Under the pieces are notes generated by a model, which saw only the letters and a list, made by a program, of their open reading frames with translations, made no database searches and was not told the DNA's origin. Position numbers and translations under genes: made by a program. Shown one piece after another: positions 54,870-64,000 of a stretch of 64,000 bases of DNA; positions within the stretch are counted from its first letter, which is position 1, and the number at the start of each line of letters is the position of its first letter. Origin of the DNA: Macrostomum lignano (lineage: Eukaryota); contig NIVC01002641.1 of assembly GCA_002269645.1 (NCBI GenBank), positions 9,674 through 73,673 on the forward strand, given 5' to 3'.

Positions 54870-56958
54870 TCATGGCACGGCCACCACTGGTTCAGCCCAG
54901 ATCTCCGCGGTCAGACTTGCACGCCGCACTCCTCGCGTCGCTATCCTGAGCAGCAGCTCAACCAACTCCAGCAAGGTGAGCAGCGAGCAGCCCAAGTACA
55001 ATCCGAGAGAGCCGCCAACGTCAGCCAGAAACTGGCCCAAACCGTAGTCCAGACTGAAAAGTGACGCTCTGGCTCAGAGTCGACTCAGCCCGGAGCGTCA
55101 CCGACAGCAGAGCCCGTCGGGTATAGGCGTACACGTCGGATTCGTACACGATCAAGTTGCTCTGGTCGGGTTTGAGAATCTGCAGGGATTTCATGCCAGC
55201 AAGGACTGACCGATAATCGTCTTTGCTTTTATTCTTGATAGCCAGCGGCAGCAGATTCAAAATGATTCGGACCAGGCTGGCTTGATTTGGCCAGTTGCCA
55301 AATCATGACGTCACTTTGTACTTTCTCTGCCGACAGAGCTTTCTGCGATGGCAGGATTGCTGCCAACTGTCTGAAGGACTCGCAGCTGTCAGGTAGGCGT
55401 GAAGTTTTTTCTGCTGATTGCCATCAGTCATCGCGCTGAGGTTCAGGCACAGCGTCAGGTCTCGGAGCTTCCACGGCAGCGGCTGCGGCCATGGTAGGCA
55501 GTTGTGCCGCGCCGCGGCCTCCCTGGCCATCTCGGTGTAAAGGCAGACGGCCTCGCTGTAGCTGAAGGTGTCCGCGCCGCCCGATTGCGGATTAAAGAAC
55601 AGCACCGGCTTCTGCGGCTGTTCGTGGTCAACGCATTTGTCAGGAAAGTCGCTGGGTACGAACAGAGAGTCGGTCATGCTAATGGAGATGTCGTATGACC
55701 TGCCGGGACCCAGGCTGACAACGCTGCTTGTGAGTCTAGACGGGTACTGGCCTCTGGGCGTCAGGTACAGCAGCATGCCGCTGCCCCTGGCATAGGCGAA
55801 CGGATCAGCTAAATCCCAGTCGTGAGGATAAACCGACTGCCTTTCTACCATCCAGGAACTGATTCTTTTCGTCGAGTACAAGTGGTACACGTCCATTGTA
55901 ATGAAATACACAGGTGCTCCGGATGATGCAGAGTTTCAATCTTCACTGGCGAGTCCAGAGACTGCCTCGAGCCGGCACTGAATATGCCATAGTTCCTGTA
56001 GAATGTCTGCTCTTTCCTCTGGCCGACGAGATCCGCTAGGAGACCGTACGGCATGGACTGAATGATAACCAACGGAACCAGGGGGGCCGTAGCCCAGCGG
56101 TAGCCCAGCTGCTCTGGTGTGCCAGCGACCCAGGCTCGATTCCAAGTGCAGCCACATTAATTTGGAGCTGAATTGGAATTTCGGCTTGGCTCGCTTGTGC
56201 AATTAACGGCCTTGAGAGCCAACCCCCCAAGGCGAAGTGAAGTGTACATGCCTAATGATAATATAAAGTTAGGGCCGCTGTACACTCCTGTGTGAGTGTG
56301 TGCCTGCGTAGCGTATCCGCGCGCTTGTATGCCTGCTCAGGGGAGTCGGCGGAATGGGCAGTAATGCCTCTCGCCGGTTGTGTGCCTATGTGGCTTAAAG
56401 TGCGCCAGGGTGCACACAATCCCCATGCCTCTAAAAAAAACCAACGGAACCAACGAACTCAGGCGGGTCGACTCACTTGCTGACCAGTTGAAGGTTGACA
56501 ATCGCAATCGTCACCTGATCTAACTCGGTCTCATTTAGCAGATAAATTGACGAGCCAGCAGCTAGCATTGTGTTGCAAAAGTACAAATCCGGAAACTCGA
56601 AAGCCACATCGTCGGCTCTAAGTTCAGATTTAACGCCAGGGTGTCTCAGCCGATGAACGAAGGTCCTCGACGTGTTGATCATCAGGATGAGGAAGCCGAC
56701 GAAACAAGCCAGCCAAAGGACTCTGAGTATCACATCGCGCCAGCTTGAAGTCACTCGGCTGATTCCGTGAGCTGTGCTCTCGGAGACTAATTCTCTGACT
56801 AAATTCGAAATAGACGGCCTGTTGCCCTCTTTCATGGTGTGCAATTCCATCAAGACAACACTGTAGGACTTGTCCGCTCTAGCAGCTTTATAGACTGGTA
56901 CAGCTGCTCCGTCACACGCTATTATGCAAAATGACTCTTCTGAATTAATGCGATGCAT
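54870..56958 (-). pseudogene. DEG/ENaC (amiloride-sensitive sodium channel family) gene, disrupted in this sequence; exon 1 56958-56477, exon 2 ~56211-54870
   Basis: N-terminal ESTAHG motif, TM1, FPDLYFCN; extracellular GSGMLLYL..P..PGRSY; YKVTS*FGNWP; TM2 DYGLGQFLADVGGSLGLYLGCSLLTLLELVE. Lesions: in-frame TGA at 55303-55305 and frame changes at ~56150, ~55920 and ~55058. Confidence 0.88.
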
Positions 56959-57176
56959 TCCCCTTTGAATTACATTTGCTACCTGCCGGTCTGGCTGTTG
57001 ACAGAGTCCACACGTTTATTATTTCTGCCATAAAACGATGTTTCAGACAGACAGACAGACAGACAGAATTCAAAGGGTTTCTGCTATTGCTTCAGTCAAT
57101 AAGAATTTACTGTAAAAAAACTACCTATCTATAGATCTATCTAGCTGTGTATCTACGAGCTCGTATTTAATCTATC

Positions 57177-61131
<3,955 letters not shown>

Positions 61132-61624
61132 CCAGACTGCATTTGAAACGCCAGACATTTTCAAGGCATGAAGTACAAGAAGCGAGAGATTCAGAAAATT
61201 ATTTTTGCCTGACAATACAACAAAGATTATGCAAGTTGTCTAAAGCTTTTTAAAATTTTTGTCAAGTCTATTTCAATAAGATATTGATATGTTTATAGGA
61301 TAGCACATTAAGAATAAAAAATGTGTCAATAAAAGCAGAAAGAATCACAAGATGCACAGGGGAATTTCGGTGTAATCACAGACTGGATTTAGGAAAGTTA
61401 TCTAAAAATGTGTATACTTATCAATACGCTCGTATACTGAAAATACATCTTGAGTAGATAACAAAAATAAATATTCTATTAATATAAAAACGTGAGCATT
61501 AACGGAATAAAATACATGCAGACAGAACTCCGTAATCTGCATTCGGACACACCTGTATAGAACAATCTAAATATACTAAATTAAAATCTATTAGGACTTA
61601 AATTGATAATTAAGGATTGCTTCA

Positions 61625-63230
61625 ATAATCCTACTGGCTCATGAGGATAAAATTCCCCAATAATCCTACTGGCTCATGAGGATATAATTCCCCAATAATC
61701 CTACTGGATCATGAGGATAAAATTCCCCAATAATCCTACTGGATCATGAGGATAAAATTCCCCCAATAATCCTACTGGCTCATGAGGATAAAATTCCCCA
61801 ATAATCCTACTGGATCATGAGGATATAATTCCCACAATAATCCTACTGGCTCATGAGGATATAATTCCCCCAATAATCCTACTGGCTCATGAGGATATAA
61901 TTCCTCCAATAATCCTACTGGCTCATGAGGATACAATCCCCCCCAATAATCCTACTGGCTCATGAGGATATAATTCCCACAATAATCCTACTGGCTCATG
62001 AGGATATAATTCCCACAATAATCCTACTGGCTCATGAGGATAAAATTCCCCAATAATCCTACTGGATCATGAGGATACAATTCCCCCAAAATCCTACTGG
62101 CTCATGAGGATATAATTCCCACAATAATCCTACTGGCTCATGAGGATATAATTACCCCAATAATCCTACTGGCTCATGAGGATATACTTCCCCCAATAAT
62201 CCTACTGGCTCATGAGGATATACTTCCCCCAATAATCCTACTGGCTCATGAGGATATAATTCCCACAATAATCCTACTGGCTCATGAGGATATAATTCCC
62301 CCAATAATCCTACTGGCTAATAGGGATACAATCCCCCCAATAATCCTACTGGCTCATGAGGATACAATCCCCCCCAATAATCCTACTGGCTCATGAGGAT
62401 ATAATTCCACAATAATCCTACTGGCTCATGAGGATATAATTCCCACAATAATCCTACTGGCTCATGAGGATACAATTCCCCCAATAATCCTACTGGCTCA
62501 TGAGGATAAAATTCCCCAATAATCCTACTGGCTCATGAGGATATAATTCCCACAATAATCCTACTGGCTCATGAGGATATAATTCCCACAATAATCCTAC
62601 TGGCTCATGTGGATACAATTCCCCGGTAATCCTACTGGCTCAAGAGGATATAATTCCCACAATAATCCTACTGGCTCATGAGGATATAATTCCCCCAATA
62701 ATCCTACTGGCTAATAGGGATACAATCCCCCCAATAATCCTACTGGCTAATGAGGATACAATTCCCCCAATAATCCTACTGGCTCATGAGGATAAAATTC
62801 CCCCAATAATCCTACTGTCTCATGAGGATATAATTCCCACAATAATCCTACTGGCTCATGAGGATATAATTCCCACAATAATCCTACTGGCTCATGTGGA
62901 TATAATTCCCCAATAATCCTACTGGCTCATGAGGATATAATTCCCACAAATAATCCTACTGGCTCATGAGGATATAATTCCCCCAATAATCCTACTGGCT
63001 AATAGGGATAACAATCCCCCAATAATCCTACTGGCTAATGAGGATACAATTCCCCCAATAATCCTACTGGCTAATGAGGATACAATTCCCCCAATAATCC
63101 TACTGGCTAATGAGGATACAATTCCCCCAATAATCCTACTGGCTAATGAGGATACAAAATTCCCCCAATAATCCTACTGGCTAATGAGGATACAAAATTC
63201 CCCCAATAATCCTACTGGCTTATAGGTATA
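61625..63230. repeat. ~36-38-bp minisatellite (CAATAATCCTACTGGCTCATGAGGATATAATTCCCA), ~43 copies
   Basis: Direct reading; length variation is confined to the terminal C-run. Confidence 0.97.
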
Positions 63231-63328
63231 TAATTCCCCGAAAGGTACAAATTATTTTAGTAAAACATTGCCTAAAGGCATTCCATATTTCAGTCAGAGG
63301 TTTAACAGACATAAATTTTCAAACTTGG

Positions 63329-63703
63329 TCACACAAACCCGGACTCAAGCAGTTCCACCCGTCGGCGGTGACCTTGTCCTCCGACCGGAGCCTCCGGAGA
63401 CGCGACACCAGCTCTCGCACTGCAGATGCGACACCCGGCCATCGCCGCCCAGCACCAGGTGAATATTATAGAACCGCCGTACATGCCCGGTATAGGAAAA
63501 TTCCAGCAATCGTTTAAGCCGGATGTCAGGTGAGATTCGAGCAGGACTCGAACTGGGAGCATACTGAGGTGACCTTTATCGGACAGACCCATAGATGCTT
63601 CTTTGATTAGGCCGTGGAAATGGCTCTCCATGGCGTCTAGCTGAGAGTTGTCGAGCTGTTCAGCTGGCAGGTGAAAACTTGGCGTCAGGGCTGCCAGGAG
63701 GTC
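63329..63703 (-). CDS. Terminal exon of a gene encoding a 'PGMYGG...ESWxRVxGGSG...GFV*' C-terminal domain; apparent 1-bp deletions
   Basis: Acceptor CTTCAG|GAC at 63703; frame reads DLLAALTP...LPVRVLLES..WNFPIPGMYGG. An alternative frame continues FYNIHLVLGGDGRVSHLQCESWCRVSGGSGRR, a third reads KVTADG, then VELLESGFV*. Upstream exons lie beyond the window. Confidence 0.7.
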   Translation of the reverse strand, partial: DLLAALTPSFHLPAEQLDNSQLDAMESHFHGLIKEASMGLSDKGHLSMLPVRVLLESHLTSGLNDCWNFPIPGMYGGSIIFTWCWAAMAGCRICSARAGVASPEAPVGGQGHRRRVELLESGFV

Positions 63704-63799
63704 CTGAAGGAAGGTAATTCGAGGGAATTATGGGAAATATAAGTAGGCGAATATTGAGGACAATACAGATGGGAGAATTATCCATAAACTGAGTTTTCT

Positions 63800-64000
63800 A
63801 TAAGCTAATGAAAAAAATATCCCAAAACTGGGGATCCTAAAAGCTAATGGGAGAAATATCCCAAACCTAAGGATCACATATGCTAATGGGAGAAATATCC
63901 CAAAACCTAAGGATCCCATATGCTAATGGGAGAAATATCCCAAAACTGAGGATCCCATAAGCTAATGGAGAAATATCCCAAACCTAAGGATCACATATGC
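63800..64000. repeat. ~39-40-bp minisatellite (GCTAATGGGAGAAATATCCCAAAACCTAAGGATCCCATA), intronic, runs off the window edge
   Basis: Direct reading. Confidence 0.9.

Overview
This is repeat-rich animal genomic DNA with GT-AG introns, not a prokaryotic sequence. The style (GC-rich, Ala-rich exons separated by intronic minisatellites) suggests a flatworm such as Macrostomum, but that is inference only. Host genes supported by exon reconstruction: an unidentified multi-exon gene at the left edge, a 2-exon orphan class A GPCR, an Spc25-like kinetochore gene missed by the ORF track, a head-to-head pair of GDA1/CD39 NTPDases (apyrases) plus a third fragment, an intronless FkbM-family methyltransferase, TRMT112, a 4-exon UVRAG, a 4-exon divergent type II pantothenate kinase, a disrupted DEG/ENaC channel, and a terminal exon with a 'PGMYGG...ESW-RV-GGSG...GFV' domain. 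Mobile DNA: a decayed hAT transposase, two decayed Ty3/Gypsy elements, a young 5'-truncated RNase H-bearing LINE with a 13-bp TSD inserted in frame into one Gypsy, a tRNA-derived CORE-type SINE and several MITEs. There are about 18 tandem arrays, including about 4 kb of (TATC)n. The most notable arrangement is the NTPDase pair: near-identical catalytic cores with different signal peptides, one ending in a GPI-like tail and one without it. Caveat: many genes carry single-base indels in short homopolymers, so some 'pseudogene' lesions may be long-read assembly errors. No complete novel multi-gene system could be demonstrated from the sequence alone.
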